From: Devosia sp.
Lineage (GTDB): Bacteria; Pseudomonadota; Alphaproteobacteria; Rhizobiales; Devosiaceae
Assembly (NCBI GenBank): GCA_040081595.1
Contig: JBEBGE010000008.1
Coordinates: forward strand, 9,689-73,688
DNA length: 64,000 bases
Reading direction: 5' to 3'
The notes under the pieces are model-generated. The model was given only the letters and a program-made list of their open reading frames with translations, did not search any database and was not told the origin of the DNA. The position numbers and the translations under genes were made by a program. This document shows positions 20,658 to 30,247 of this stretch, one piece after another; within the stretch, counting starts at the first letter, position 1, and each line of letters opens with the position of its first letter.

Positions 20658-21254
20658 ATGAAGACCCTCTCGATGATCGTCGCCATCCTGACGCTTGTGC
20701 TCGCACCCGCGACCGCTCGCGCCGACTCCATCAAGCTGGGCAACCCGGGCTATGGCGGTACCGGCTGTCCCGGCGGCAGCGCCTCGGTCATCCTCAGCGC
20801 CGACAAGAAATCGCTGAGCATCCTGTTTGACAGCTATTACGTCGAGGCGGGCGGCGCGACGGGCAAGAGCTTCGACCGCAAAAGTTGCAACCTTGCCATT
20901 CCGGTTCACGTGCCGCAGGGCCTCTCCATCTCGGTTCTGGCCATCGACTATCGCGGCTATAACAACATTCCATCCGGCGCCACTTCGGTGGTCAGCGTCG
21001 AATATTTCTTCGCCGGTTCGAGCGGCCCCGTCTTCAAGCAGACCTTCAACGGCCCCAAGGACGCCGACTACCTGATCAGCAACAAGCTGACCGCCCAGTC
21101 CGTGGTGTGGTCGGCCTGCGGCGCGGACGTCAACCTGCGCACCAATTCCTCGATCCGCGTCTCCACCAAGCAGAACAAGCAGGCGCTGGCGACCGTCGAC
21201 TCCGAGGACATCAAGGCCGCCATCATCTACAAGCTGCAATGGAAGAAGTGCTGA
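20658..21254 (+). CDS. secreted DUF4360-like protein
   Basis: Signal peptide MKTLSMIVAILTLVLAPATARA. GYGGTGCPGGSASV...FDSYYVEAG...KSCNLAIPVHVPQG...YRGY pattern resembles DUF4360. Confidence 0.6.
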   Translation: MKTLSMIVAILTLVLAPATARADSIKLGNPGYGGTGCPGGSASVILSADKKSLSILFDSYYVEAGGATGKSFDRKSCNLAIPVHVPQGLSISVLAIDYRGYNNIPSGATSVVSVEYFFAGSSGPVFKQTFNGPKDADYLISNKLTAQSVVWSACGADVNLRTNSSIRVSTKQNKQALATVDSEDIKAAIIYKLQWKKC

Positions 21255-21260
21255 GCCCCG

Positions 21261-21449
21261 TTAGGCGCCGTAGTCCTGCTCTAGGCGCTGTTCGAGCTCG
21301 AGCAGATCCTCCGGGATCGGCAGACCCTCGGCTCGAAGCAGATTCAGCTTCTCACGAATTTCCTGCGCGAGTTCGTGGACGTCCTCGGGCTGATTGGTCA
21401 TCTGCTGGAGCAGGGCGACGATTTCGTTCTGGATGTCGCTAAAGGCCAC
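21261..21449 (-). CDS. small acidic hypothetical protein (62 aa)
   Basis: GTG start 6 nt after GGAG. Helical, acidic sequence (VAFSDIQNEIVALLQQMTNQPEDVHELAQEIREKLNLLRAEGLPIPEDLLELEQ). Confidence 0.4.
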   Translation of the reverse strand: MAFSDIQNEIVALLQQMTNQPEDVHELAQEIREKLNLLRAEGLPIPEDLLELEQRLEQDYGA

Positions 21450-21615
21450 GGTCTGCTCCAATTCTCGATCCCGCCTTCCTTCGCACCGCGTCGGTTCGGG
21501 GGCAAGGACTTCCCCGCTACGTCCATACTCCCCGCTTTTCCCCGCACTCAGCAAAGGCTCGCGGTTCCGCCCGGTTCTTGACGCTTCGCGGCTTTTCCCG
21601 CATCAAGAGTCTGTC

Positions 21616-21689
21616 GCGGGTGTAGCTCAATGGTAGAGCAGAAGCTTCCCAAGCTTACGACGAGGGTTCGATTCCCTTCACCCGCTCCA
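21616..21689 (+). tRNA. tRNA-Gly (anticodon CCC), CCA encoded
   Basis: Cloverleaf folded by hand: acceptor GCGGGTG/CACCCGC, D-arm GCTC-AATGGTA-GAGC, anticodon loop TTCCCAA, T-arm GAGGG-TTCGATT-CCCTT. Confidence 0.9.
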
Positions 21690-21856
21690 GCAGTCGGGGC
21701 TGATTTCCGGCAGGTCCCGGCTCCCGAAATCCTAGGACAGTCCGGAGGCACCGGCAGGTTCTGCCTGGTCACCTCGCCCTCGATGAAGAGTGCGAGGGAT
21801 TCTAACCCTCTCAGGGTCGCCAGGCGTTCGGCTGGGAGATGTGCCGAGGCCAAGCC

Positions 21857-22288
21857 ATGAGCGTCAAAGACCAAATCCAGCACTATATTGCGAGCCAGCC
21901 TGAGCCGAAGCGCACCGACATGCAGGAGTTGCACCGCATCATCCTGAAGCTCATGCCGGGATGCAAATTGTGGTTCCTCGACGGAAAGAACAGCGAGGGC
22001 AAGATCGTATCCAACCCGAACATAGGCTACGGATTCTACACTATAAATTATGCCGACGGGACAGCTCGGGAGTTCTACCAGATCGGCCTGAGCGCGAACA
22101 CAAGCGGAATCTCCGTCTATGTCCTCGGTCTCGATGACAAGACCTATCTCGCCAGGACCTATGGGAAGACAATCGGCAAGGCGAGCGTCACCGGATATTG
22201 CATCAAGTTCAAAGCGCTCAAGGACATACATATCGACGTGCTGAAAGACGCCGTCCTTCACGGGGTCGAAGCTCACGCCGGGGCGTAG
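21857..22288 (+). CDS. DUF1801 (YdhG-like) domain protein
   Basis: IQHYIASQPEPKRTDMQELHRIILKLMP... typical DUF1801 N-terminus. Lower-GC patch just 3' of the tRNA-Gly. Confidence 0.6.
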   Translation: MSVKDQIQHYIASQPEPKRTDMQELHRIILKLMPGCKLWFLDGKNSEGKIVSNPNIGYGFYTINYADGTAREFYQIGLSANTSGISVYVLGLDDKTYLARTYGKTIGKASVTGYCIKFKALKDIHIDVLKDAVLHGVEAHAGA

Positions 22289-22398
22289 CCCAACCTGAGA
22301 CTCCCTTCGTCTTTGTGCCTGACGCAGAGGATCGCCAGGGCAGGGCGGGCGCGGCGGGCTTCGCCCGTTCCATTGCCCATTGCGACGCTGGAAGAATA

Positions 22399-22414
22399 TT
22401 GACCATTTGGTCAA
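22399..22414. promoter_or_regulatory. perfect 16-bp palindrome upstream of dadA (candidate operator)
   Basis: TTGACCA-TT-TGGTCAA, ending 20 nt before the dadA ATG. Confidence 0.35.
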
Positions 22415-22433
22415 AACGCAGCAATCTCATTCT

Positions 22434-23684
22434 ATGAAAGTCCTCATCCTTGGTTCGGGCGTCATCGGTGTCGCGTCCGCCTACTACCTGGCGAAGGCCG
22501 GTCACGAGGTGACCGTCGTCGATCGCCAGCCGGGTCCGGGGCTCGAGACCAGCTTTGCCAATGCAGGCGAGATTTCACCCGGCTATGCCTCGCCGTGGGC
22601 GGGACCGGGCATTCCGCTCAAGGCGATCAAGTGGCTGACCATGGTCGATGGCCCGCTGGTGATCAGGCCCATGCTCGATCCGCGCATGTGGATCTGGGGC
22701 CTCCAGCTGCTCGGCAATTGCACCGAGCGCGCTTATGCGCTCAACAAGTCGCGCATGGTACGGCTCGCCGAATATAGCCGCGACCGGATGATCGAGCTGA
22801 GGGCAGCGACCGGTATCGACTATGACGGCCGCCAGCGGGGGACGCTGCAGCTCTTCCGCACGCACAAGCAGCTCGATCACGCAGAGAGCGACATTGCGGT
22901 GCTCAAGCAATACAGCGTGCCCTACGAGGTGCTCGACCCCCAGGCCTGCATCGCTGCCGAGCCGGGCCTGGCAACCTCCGTGGTCCCCTTTGTCGGCGCG
23001 CTGCGCCTGCCCAATGACGAGACGGGCGACTGCAAGATGTTCACCGAGCGCCTCGCCGCGCTGTCTGCCGGAATGGGCGTTACCTTCCGCTACGGCACGA
23101 CGATCGAGCGCATCGTCACCCAGGCGGGCCGCATCAGTGAGGTCTGGACCGACAAGGGCACCATCAGCGCCGACACCTATGTGATGGCGCTCGGCTCCCA
23201 TACGCCGCTGTTGCTGGCGCCGCTCGGCATCAGCCTGCCGGTGTTTCCGATCAAAGGCTATTCGATCACCGTGCCGATTTCCGACGCCTCGGTGGCGCCA
23301 GTCTCGACCGTGATGGACGAAACCTACAAGGTCGCGACGACCCGGCTCGGCGACCGTATCCGCGTCGGCGGCACTGCCGAAATCGCCGGCTGGGACCTGA
23401 CGCTGCGGCCGCACCGTCGCGGACCGCTCGACCGGTCGCTGCGCGAGCTCTTCCCTCGGGCAGGCGATCTTTCCAAGGCGAGCTTCTGGTGTGGGCTGCG
23501 GCCCATGACGCCGGACGGCACCCCCGTGCTTGGCAAGACCAAACTCGATAACCTCTATCTCAATACCGGTCACGGCACGCTGGGCTGGACGATGGCCGCG
23601 GGCTCGGGCCGCGTGCTCTCCGACCTCATCTCAGGCACGAAGCCTGAAATCGACACGTCCGATCTCGGCCTCAGCCGATATTGA
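22434..23684 (+). CDS. dadA: D-amino acid dehydrogenase
   Basis: FAD fingerprint [19 protein letters not shown]. DadA-like length and blocks ([26 protein letters not shown]). Confidence 0.9.
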   Translation: MKVLILGSGVIGVASAYYLAKAGHEVTVVDRQPGPGLETSFANAGEISPGYASPWAGPGIPLKAIKWLTMVDGPLVIRPMLDPRMWIWGLQLLGNCTERAYALNKSRMVRLAEYSRDRMIELRAATGIDYDGRQRGTLQLFRTHKQLDHAESDIAVLKQYSVPYEVLDPQACIAAEPGLATSVVPFVGALRLPNDETGDCKMFTERLAALSAGMGVTFRYGTTIERIVTQAGRISEVWTDKGTISADTYVMALGSHTPLLLAPLGISLPVFPIKGYSITVPISDASVAPVSTVMDETYKVATTRLGDRIRVGGTAEIAGWDLTLRPHRRGPLDRSLRELFPRAGDLSKASFWCGLRPMTPDGTPVLGKTKLDNLYLNTGHGTLGWTMAAGSGRVLSDLISGTKPEIDTSDLGLSRY

Positions 23685-24453
23685 TTCCGAGCCGCGCGAA
23701 AAGCCCGGCCAGCATTGCCGAGACGGCAACGGCCGCGCGGCGTCGAAACCCGCCTTTGGGTCGTACTGGCCGGGGAACGATCGCGGGATCGGCCGCGATG
23801 CCGTGCCGCGTCGTCCAGTCGGCATCGGTCTCATAGCCGAGCGCCAGAAGCTCTGCGTCGATCGGCCCGGATTCCTGCAATTGCTGTTCGAGACGCGTGG
23901 CGTGGCTGCGCCACTTCGCCCGGTTCGCGGCATCGATCGGACGTACACCATTGAGCGCCAGACGCGATGGCTCAGAAACGTCGCCACGCTGATGAAAGGA
24001 AGAGAAATCACCGGTCCTGACCAGGAACGGGAAGCGCGCCGCGATCCGCTCCTGCACCCTATCGGGTTGTTCGATCAGGTCTTCGAACCGGACTAGCATG
24101 AAACGCGGATGATCCAGCCACTGCTGTGCAATGGCCCACCGCGCTCGAAACAGCCGCAGCGACGTGTGGCGCCAGTACTTGTCGGGCTGTCCCCCGTGAC
24201 GGCTGACCACAACGTCGCGTGGGTCGCGTACCATACAAATCACATGGAAGCGCGGATCGAGCCTCAGCCGCATACCGACATGCTCGATTTCATACGGCGT
24301 TTTGGTGAGATAGACGCCTTTGCAACGCCTTAACCTTCTGAGGCTCGCCTCATGCGGCTCCCAGCAAGCGATATCGAAGCAGAGACGCATGCACTCCGCC
24401 ATCAGCGTCGTGCCGGTCCGCGGATTGACGCCCACAATATGGATGCGGTTCAT
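23671..24453 (-). CDS. sulfotransferase family protein
   Basis: 5'-PSB-like loop NPRTGTTL and 3'-PB-like [10 protein letters not shown]. Start at MNRIHIVG. The longer track ORF overlaps the upstream GT2 gene. Confidence 0.65.
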   Translation of the reverse strand: MNRIHIVGVNPRTGTTLMAECMRLCFDIACWEPHEASLRRLRRCKGVYLTKTPYEIEHVGMRLRLDPRFHVICMVRDPRDVVVSRHGGQPDKYWRHTSLRLFRARWAIAQQWLDHPRFMLVRFEDLIEQPDRVQERIAARFPFLVRTGDFSSFHQRGDVSEPSRLALNGVRPIDAANRAKWRSHATRLEQQLQESGPIDAELLALGYETDADWTTRHGIAADPAIVPRPVRPKGGFRRRAAVAVSAMLAGLFARLGINIG

Positions 24454-24509
24454 GCGGCATCGTACCACCGGATGACTTGCGATCAATCGCCGGGTAGCCG
24501 ACCGCCTCC

Positions 24510-26387
24510 TCAGCCTGTTCGGCTCCTCGCGGGCTCTGTGAGGGGCATTGATTTCGGCAGCGCGCCGTTGCGCGCCTTGCGCGTTTGCCCATGGGTGGTC
24601 TTGGCCCAATAGCTTGGCCTTTCGATCAGCTCCCAGGCGGCACGCGCCGCCGCAATCGAATGCAGCACCCAGTAGAGCGGCAGCAGCGCCTGCGCCGCGA
24701 GCAGCCGCCAGGCGCTGATATGGGCAATCCCGCTGATGACGATCGCCCCGGTGCCGCCATAGCCGAGGACGAGCACCAATGCGCTGATCCAGTCGCCCGC
24801 ATCGCGCGGCAAGAGGCCATCCGGTCCTTCCGCAATGAGCCGCGCGATGAGCGCGCCAGCAAACACCGTGTGGAGCAGCGAAGAAAAGATCATCCCGCCC
24901 ACCAGCACCTGAAATCCCATGAAGGCGCGCCAGCCAATGTCTCGGATCAATTGCCGTGGTGCCAGCATGTGGACGAGATAGGTTTGCATCCAGCCCTTCA
25001 TCCAGCGCGTCCGCTGCGCCATCCACGCCGAGAGCGTCGTGGGCGCCTCCTCATAGGTGCGGCTGGCGAAGGGTTCGGCGCGTAGGCCCCGCCGCCTGAG
25101 CCTGACACCCAGGTCGGCATCCTCGGTGACATTGGCGGCGTCCCAGCCGCCGATCTGCTTCAACACTTCGCTGCGAAAATGATTGGAGGTACCGCCCAGC
25201 GGAACCGGCAGGTTCCAGCGGGCCAAAGCTGGCAAAAAGCGCCCGAACAGGCCTGCATATTCTCCCGCAAATAGTGCTGTCAGCACGTTTTCATCCGCAT
25301 TATCCGGCACCAGCTCCGCCTGCAGGCAAGCAATCCCCGGCTCCGCGGCAAAAAGGCTTGCCGCGAGGCGCAATTGCCCCGGCTCAGGCACGTCCTCGGC
25401 GTCATAAACGACCAGATAGTCGCCATGCGTCAGCGGCAGCGCGTAATTGAGTGCCTTGGGCTTGGTGTGAGGCGGCGCGTCGGGGACTATGGTCAGCCGG
25501 AACCGCGGATCGTCCAGCAGGCGTTCGACCGCGGCGATCGTCTCCGGACTGCGGCTCTCGACGACAAACCGGACCTCGAGCTTTTCCGGGGGGTAGTCCA
25601 GGGCACTCATGGCCCGATGCAGCAGCGGCACCATGGCGGCTTCGTCGCGCAACGGGATCATCACCGAATATGTCGGCAGTTCCCAATCCGCCAGCAACCG
25701 GACCGGGCCAGCGCGCATGCGTCGCGGCAAGGCGGCGATGGCCCGCAACATCCCGGGGGCGACCAGCAGCGCGGCGACCAGCGGCAGGAGCACCGAGCGG
25801 CCGGTCGTGCCTGCGGCCATCACCAACCCGACAAGCGCAACAAGCACCATAACGAAGGACCAACGCGCCGATTTCGGCAGCGCCGTGGACGCGGTAATGC
25901 CGCCCCAGCGACGGGTCAGGCCCTGCCGCGCCTCGTCCATCAAGTCCGCGTCGTGGCGAAGCGTCAGCGCCGTGTCGATCGCTTCTGGCGGCACGATGCA
26001 CAGCCGCCTCGCAAGATCGGGTCGCTCCCAGCGGCCGGCGCCGAGATTGAGGATCGCGGCGAATCCGGGTGCCCCAAACAGGACCTCGCGGCCGAGAACA
26101 TTGACCCGCAGCGTCCGGATCTGCCCTAGCCTCTCGATATGGACATGGCGGGTCTCCTCGCCCCGTGGCTGGCGTGGGATGACATCGGAATAGGCAAAGC
26201 CCGCCCAATGCGCCGCGCGTTGCCAGACCAGTTTGTTGCCGAGCCCGAATCGGTGCGCGCAATAGTCGAGCGGATCGACGCCCACTCGCCGCGCGTCCCC
26301 AAGGTTGAGGGCCGCCACGTTGTCGGAAACACAATTATCCAGCAACACTGCCCTCAGCAGTGCAACCTCATCTGAACGTTGCAGCAT
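24510..26387 (-). CDS. processive family-2 glycosyltransferase with an N-terminal T2SSE_N (MshEN)-like domain
   Basis: YSVMIPLRDE, VVYDAEDVP and QRTRWMKG (QxxRW) motifs. Multiple TM helices on both sides of the GT core. About 170-aa soluble N-terminal domain. Confidence 0.75.
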   Translation of the reverse strand: MLQRSDEVALLRAVLLDNCVSDNVAALNLGDARRVGVDPLDYCAHRFGLGNKLVWQRAAHWAGFAYSDVIPRQPRGEETRHVHIERLGQIRTLRVNVLGREVLFGAPGFAAILNLGAGRWERPDLARRLCIVPPEAIDTALTLRHDADLMDEARQGLTRRWGGITASTALPKSARWSFVMVLVALVGLVMAAGTTGRSVLLPLVAALLVAPGMLRAIAALPRRMRAGPVRLLADWELPTYSVMIPLRDEAAMVPLLHRAMSALDYPPEKLEVRFVVESRSPETIAAVERLLDDPRFRLTIVPDAPPHTKPKALNYALPLTHGDYLVVYDAEDVPEPGQLRLAASLFAAEPGIACLQAELVPDNADENVLTALFAGEYAGLFGRFLPALARWNLPVPLGGTSNHFRSEVLKQIGGWDAANVTEDADLGVRLRRRGLRAEPFASRTYEEAPTTLSAWMAQRTRWMKGWMQTYLVHMLAPRQLIRDIGWRAFMGFQVLVGGMIFSSLLHTVFAGALIARLIAEGPDGLLPRDAGDWISALVLVLGYGGTGAIVISGIAHISAWRLLAAQALLPLYWVLHSIAAARAAWELIERPSYWAKTTHGQTRKARNGALPKSMPLTEPARSRTG

Positions 26388-26425
26388 TGGCGAGCCCCCG
26401 GGCGCCATCGGCAAGTTGAAATGCA

Positions 26426-26473
26426 AGTATCGTCACTAAAATCGAAATCAGTATCGTCATTGAAATCGAGAGC
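26426..26473. repeat. two tandem 24-bp AT-rich direct repeats in a divergent promoter region
   Basis: AGTATCGTCACTAAAATCGAAATC / AGTATCGTCATTGAAATCGAGAGC (19 of 24 identical). Confidence 0.6.
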
Positions 26474-26531
26474 GGTCAACACCGTTCATGGCGCTCTCGC
26501 CTTCATCGCCGATTCGCGCGATAAGCCGGAC

Positions 26532-27359
26532 GTGTCGCGGCCTCGTCTCCGATTGGTGTGGATTGCCCTGCTGGCGCTCGCGGCCCTTGCCGGCCCGGCG
26601 GCATCGCAGGATCTGCCCTATCACGCCGACCCGGGCGCGCGGGAGTTGACGCCGAACCTCACCGCCGTTCCCTCGATCCGCTTCCTGACGACAGCAGATT
26701 TCCCGCCCTTCAACTATCGCGACACGACGGGCGAATTGGTGGGCTTCAATGTCGATCTGGCCCGGCGGCTCTGCGCCGATCTTTCGATCGCCTGCACCAT
26801 CCAGGCCTGGCCCTGGGATCAGGCGGCCAAGGCACTCGAGGATGGGCAGGGCGATGCGCTCATCGCCGGCCTCGCCATGACCGATGAGAACGGCAAGCTC
26901 TTCGATTTCTCCTCGATCTATCTGATGCTGCCGGGCCGGTTCGTCACCAAGTCCGGCGCGACCGGCGGCTTTGATCCGGCAACGCTCGCCGGCAAGTCGA
27001 TCGCCGTGCGCAAGGGATCGAGCCACGAGGGCTTCGTCAAACGCTTCCTGCCGGAGTCACTGCCGATGAGCTTCGACACCGAGTTCCTCGCGCTCGAAGC
27101 CGTGCGCGATGGAAAGGCGGATGCTTTTTTCGGCGATGCCCTGCGCGCCTCGTTCTGGCTCAATGACAATGAGGGCTGCTGCGGCTTTGCGGGCGAACCC
27201 TATTTCCGCCCCGACCTCTTCGGCCCCGGCCTCTCGATCGCGCTGCCCGCGGGCCATGACGCGGTACGCGAAGCGATCGACTACGGCCTCGTGCGCTTGA
27301 AGCGCTCGGGGGCGCTCGATGAGCTCTACCTCAGGTGGTTCCCGGTGGGGTTCTATTGA
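26532..27359 (+). CDS. family-3 (polar amino acid type) ABC substrate-binding protein, orphan
   Basis: Signal peptide VSRPRLRLVWIALLALAALAGPAASQ. FPPFNY, GFNVDLA, DALIAGLAMT blocks. GTG start chosen. No permease or ATPase adjacent. Confidence 0.7.
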   Translation: MSRPRLRLVWIALLALAALAGPAASQDLPYHADPGARELTPNLTAVPSIRFLTTADFPPFNYRDTTGELVGFNVDLARRLCADLSIACTIQAWPWDQAAKALEDGQGDALIAGLAMTDENGKLFDFSSIYLMLPGRFVTKSGATGGFDPATLAGKSIAVRKGSSHEGFVKRFLPESLPMSFDTEFLALEAVRDGKADAFFGDALRASFWLNDNEGCCGFAGEPYFRPDLFGPGLSIALPAGHDAVREAIDYGLVRLKRSGALDELYLRWFPVGFY

Positions 27360-27377
27360 GGCCGCTTGCGTGGAAAC

Positions 27378-27785
27378 CTAAGCCTTGCGCAGCCGCGCCC
27401 GCGCACTCGCCTCGATAGCCGCGGTGACCAGGGAGTCGACATCGATCCGGTCGCGCAGCATTTCGAGAAGGCGCAGCTCTTCCTGTTCGAGCCGCAAATC
27501 AACGGCTGCGACTTCGACTGCGAGGGCGTAAGCCGTATCGTGGAGCCGTGCCGGAATAGCCTTGAGAACCATATCGATTACATTGTCGAGGCTGTGGCTG
27601 TCCTTGATCAAGTCAAGGCAGTCGCGGGCGGTGGTGGCAAACTGGTCCCGGTCATAGCCATCGAACACCGGCAGCCGCCCGACCATCCCCTCGATCGAAT
27701 GAAGTTCGCGATCGCTAACGGCGGCATCCGAACTGGCGGCGATCACCATCAGGTAGATCAGCGCGTCCTGGGTCGAAAGGGACAT
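27378..27785 (-). CDS. TerB-like (tellurite resistance TerB family) protein
   Basis: ALIYLMVIAASSDAAVSDRELHSIEGMV...AVEVAAVDLRLEQEELRLLEML pattern. Confidence 0.6.
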   Translation of the reverse strand: MSLSTQDALIYLMVIAASSDAAVSDRELHSIEGMVGRLPVFDGYDRDQFATTARDCLDLIKDSHSLDNVIDMVLKAIPARLHDTAYALAVEVAAVDLRLEQEELRLLEMLRDRIDVDSLVTAAIEASARARLRKA

Positions 27786-27852
27786 GGAATTGGCCTCGCC
27801 GTTAACAGTTGCGCATACCTAGGGACGCCGGCGGCTCTTGTCCAGTTGACTT

Positions 27853-29514
27853 GTGCGCCGCCCATGGGCGAAAGCTCCCCAGCGCCAACCACCCGGAAAA
27901 GCCCCTTTGACCGCCCCGCTGCCCACTCTCGACCCGCAATTTTTCGACGCCGCCCAGACGGCCAAGGCCTGGCCCTTCGAGGAGGCCCGGAAAATCGTGG
28001 CGCGGCTCAAGCGGACGGGGAAGAAGGAAGCCTTGTTCGAGACCGGCTACGGCCCCTCGGGCCTGCCACATATCGGTACCTTCGGCGAAGTCGCGCGCAC
28101 CACCATGGTTCGCACCGCCTTCCGCCTCTTGACGCGTGACGAGATCCCTACGCGACTGCTCTGCTTTTCCGACGACATGGACGGGATGCGGAAGATCCCC
28201 GACAACGTCCCCGACAAGTCTTTCCTTGAGCCGCATCTGCACAAGCCGCTGACCAGCGTGCCCAATCCCTTCGGCGGCGATTTCGAGAGCTTCGGCCATC
28301 ACAATAACGCCATGCTCCGCCGCTTCCTCGACACCTTCGGCTTCAACTACGAATTCGCCAGCGCCACCGAATACTACAAGTCGGGCAAGTTCGACGCGGC
28401 ACTGATCCGCGCCGCCGAAAAGTTCGATGCCATCATGGGCGTCATGCTGCCGACCCTCGGGCCCGAGCGGCAGGCGACCTATTCGCCGTTCCTGCCGATC
28501 TCGCCAACCACCGGCCGCGTTCTCTACGTGCCGATGAAGGCGGTCGATGCCAAGGCCGGCACCATCACCTTCGATGATGAGGATGGGACCGTTACCACGC
28601 TGCCCGTCACGGGCGGCCATGTGAAGCTGCAGTGGAAGCCGGATTTCGGCATGCGCTGGTACGCGCTTGGCGTCGATTTCGAAATGTTCGGCAAGGACCA
28701 CCAGACCAACCAGCACGTCTATGACGCGATCTGCGAGATCCTCGGCGGCCACGCGCCCGAGCACTATGTCTACGAGCTCTTCCTCGACGAACTCGGTCAG
28801 AAGATTTCAAAGTCCAAGGGTAACGGGCTCACCATCGACGAGTGGCTGGCCTATGCCTCGCCGGAAAGCCTTGCGCTTTACATGTTCCAGAAGCCACGGG
28901 TCGCCAAGCGCCTGTTCTTCGACGTCATCCCGCGCGCTGTCGACGATTATTACCAGTTCGTCGCCGGCTATGAGGGCCAGGACGCCGCGGCGCGGCTCGA
29001 GAACCCGGCCTTCCACATCCACACAGGGCATCCGCCGAAACTGGACATGCCGGTGACCTTCGGCCTGCTGCTCAATCTGGCCTCGGCCTCGAACGCCCAT
29101 GAGCCCAGCGTCATCTGGTCTTACCTCTCGCGCCGCCTGCCGGGAGAGACGCCCGCGACCAATCCTGAACTCGACCGGCTCGCGGCCTATGCGGTGCGCT
29201 ATTTCGATGACGAGGTGCGCCCCACCAAGAAGTTCCGCGCACCGAGCGACAAGGAACGCGCAGCCTTGCAGGACCTCCATGACCGGCTCGAAGGGCAGGA
29301 CGCGCTCGAGGCCAAGGACCTGCAGGACATTGTCTACGCGGTCGGCAATGCCCACCAGTTCGTGCCGCTGCGCGACTGGTTCGGCGCCATCTACGAAGTG
29401 CTGCTCGGCGCGGAACAAGGCCCAAGGTTCGGCTCGTTCATCGCGCTCTATGGCGTGACGGAGACGAGGAAGCTTATCGCGGACGCGCTGGCCGGGAAGC
29501 TGTTGGCGACCTAG
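27853..29514 (+). CDS. lysK: class I lysyl-tRNA synthetase
   Basis: [15 protein letters not shown] (HIGH-type) and KISKSKGNG (KMSKS-type) motifs. About 550 aa. GTG start uncertain. Confidence 0.85.
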   Translation: MRRPWAKAPQRQPPGKAPLTAPLPTLDPQFFDAAQTAKAWPFEEARKIVARLKRTGKKEALFETGYGPSGLPHIGTFGEVARTTMVRTAFRLLTRDEIPTRLLCFSDDMDGMRKIPDNVPDKSFLEPHLHKPLTSVPNPFGGDFESFGHHNNAMLRRFLDTFGFNYEFASATEYYKSGKFDAALIRAAEKFDAIMGVMLPTLGPERQATYSPFLPISPTTGRVLYVPMKAVDAKAGTITFDDEDGTVTTLPVTGGHVKLQWKPDFGMRWYALGVDFEMFGKDHQTNQHVYDAICEILGGHAPEHYVYELFLDELGQKISKSKGNGLTIDEWLAYASPESLALYMFQKPRVAKRLFFDVIPRAVDDYYQFVAGYEGQDAAARLENPAFHIHTGHPPKLDMPVTFGLLLNLASASNAHEPSVIWSYLSRRLPGETPATNPELDRLAAYAVRYFDDEVRPTKKFRAPSDKERAALQDLHDRLEGQDALEAKDLQDIVYAVGNAHQFVPLRDWFGAIYEVLLGAEQGPRFGSFIALYGVTETRKLIADALAGKLLAT

Positions 29515-29611
29515 CAATCGGCTTTGTCCCGTAAAATCGCGTCGAGTGGGCAGGTGATTGGGGACGCCGCTAGACTAGTAGTCGCGTTCCTTCAGGGGAG
29601 GAACCCGAATA

Positions 29612-30247
29612 CTAACCGATTGTCGCCCACAGGAACTCCACACTCCGCTCGAACGCCAGCTGCGCCGCCTCCGCCCGGTATTCCGGGCGATCGGCTTCGG
29701 CGAACCAGTGCGCGGTGCCCGTATAGATGAAGCCGCGATCCTTGGGCAGCTTCGCCAGCAGCGCGTCGCGGTCGGCGTCGCTTTCGAAATCGTCATGTTC
29801 GGCGAAATGCGCCATCACCGGCGCGGCATCGAGTCTCGCGTCCGGGTAGGTCGCGTAGTAGATCACCGCTGCGCCGATCGGCAGCTTCCCCCCGAGTGAT
29901 GCGAGCAGGTGGAATCCACCGAACGAGAACCCAACCGCCCCGAGCGCTTTCGTTGTCACGGCAGGATGCTTCGCCAGTTCTGCAAAGGCCGCCGCGGCTT
30001 TTGGTCCGGCTGCCTCCCAATATTTGCGGATCAGCTTTTCGGCGTCTTCGATTTTGGTTGTCGTTTCACCAGCGAAGATATCGGCGAGGCCGACGACGAA
30101 GCCTTCTTTGGCGAGTGCCGCGCCATAGTCGCGGATGGTCTTGTTGAGCCCCCACCAGGGATGCATCACAAGAACCCCGGGACCGCGTCCCGTCGGTGGC
30201 AGCAGCACATCCACTACTGGCTGGCCCAGATGATGCGGGCGATCCAT
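29612..30247 (-). CDS. dienelactone hydrolase family protein
   Basis: VLVMHPWWGLN, GAVGFSFGG nucleophile elbow, C-terminal His context. Annotated start overlaps the upstream gene by 34 nt, so the true start may be internal. Confidence 0.7.
   Translation of the reverse strand: MDRPHHLGQPVVDVLLPPTGRGPGVLVMHPWWGLNKTIRDYGAALAKEGFVVGLADIFAGETTTKIEDAEKLIRKYWEAAGPKAAAAFAELAKHPAVTTKALGAVGFSFGGFHLLASLGGKLPIGAAVIYYATYPDARLDAAPVMAHFAEHDDFESDADRDALLAKLPKDRGFIYTGTAHWFAEADRPEYRAEAAQLAFERSVEFLWATIG

Noticed and set aside
20292-21239. 315-aa minus-strand ORF
   Set aside because: It is antisense to the DUF4360-like gene, which has a signal peptide and conserved Cys pattern.
21548-22414. 288-aa minus-strand ORF spanning tRNA-Gly and the DUF1801 gene
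   Set aside because: It runs straight through a tRNA gene and is antisense to a recognisable DUF1801 CDS.
23671-25026. 451-aa version of the sulfotransferase ORF, and 25402-26334 alternative frames
   Set aside because: The N-terminal 190 aa overlap the 3' end of the GT2 gene in another frame and are Ala/Arg-rich. The sulfotransferase core starts at MNRIHIVG.
26426-26473. CRISPR array
   Set aside because: There are only two adjacent repeat units with no spacers and no cas genes. No CRISPR-like array occurs anywhere in the window.
27366-28764. 257-aa plus-strand and 320-aa minus-strand ORFs around the TerB-like gene and lysK
   Set aside because: They overlap better-supported genes in antisense and have a shadow-ORF composition.
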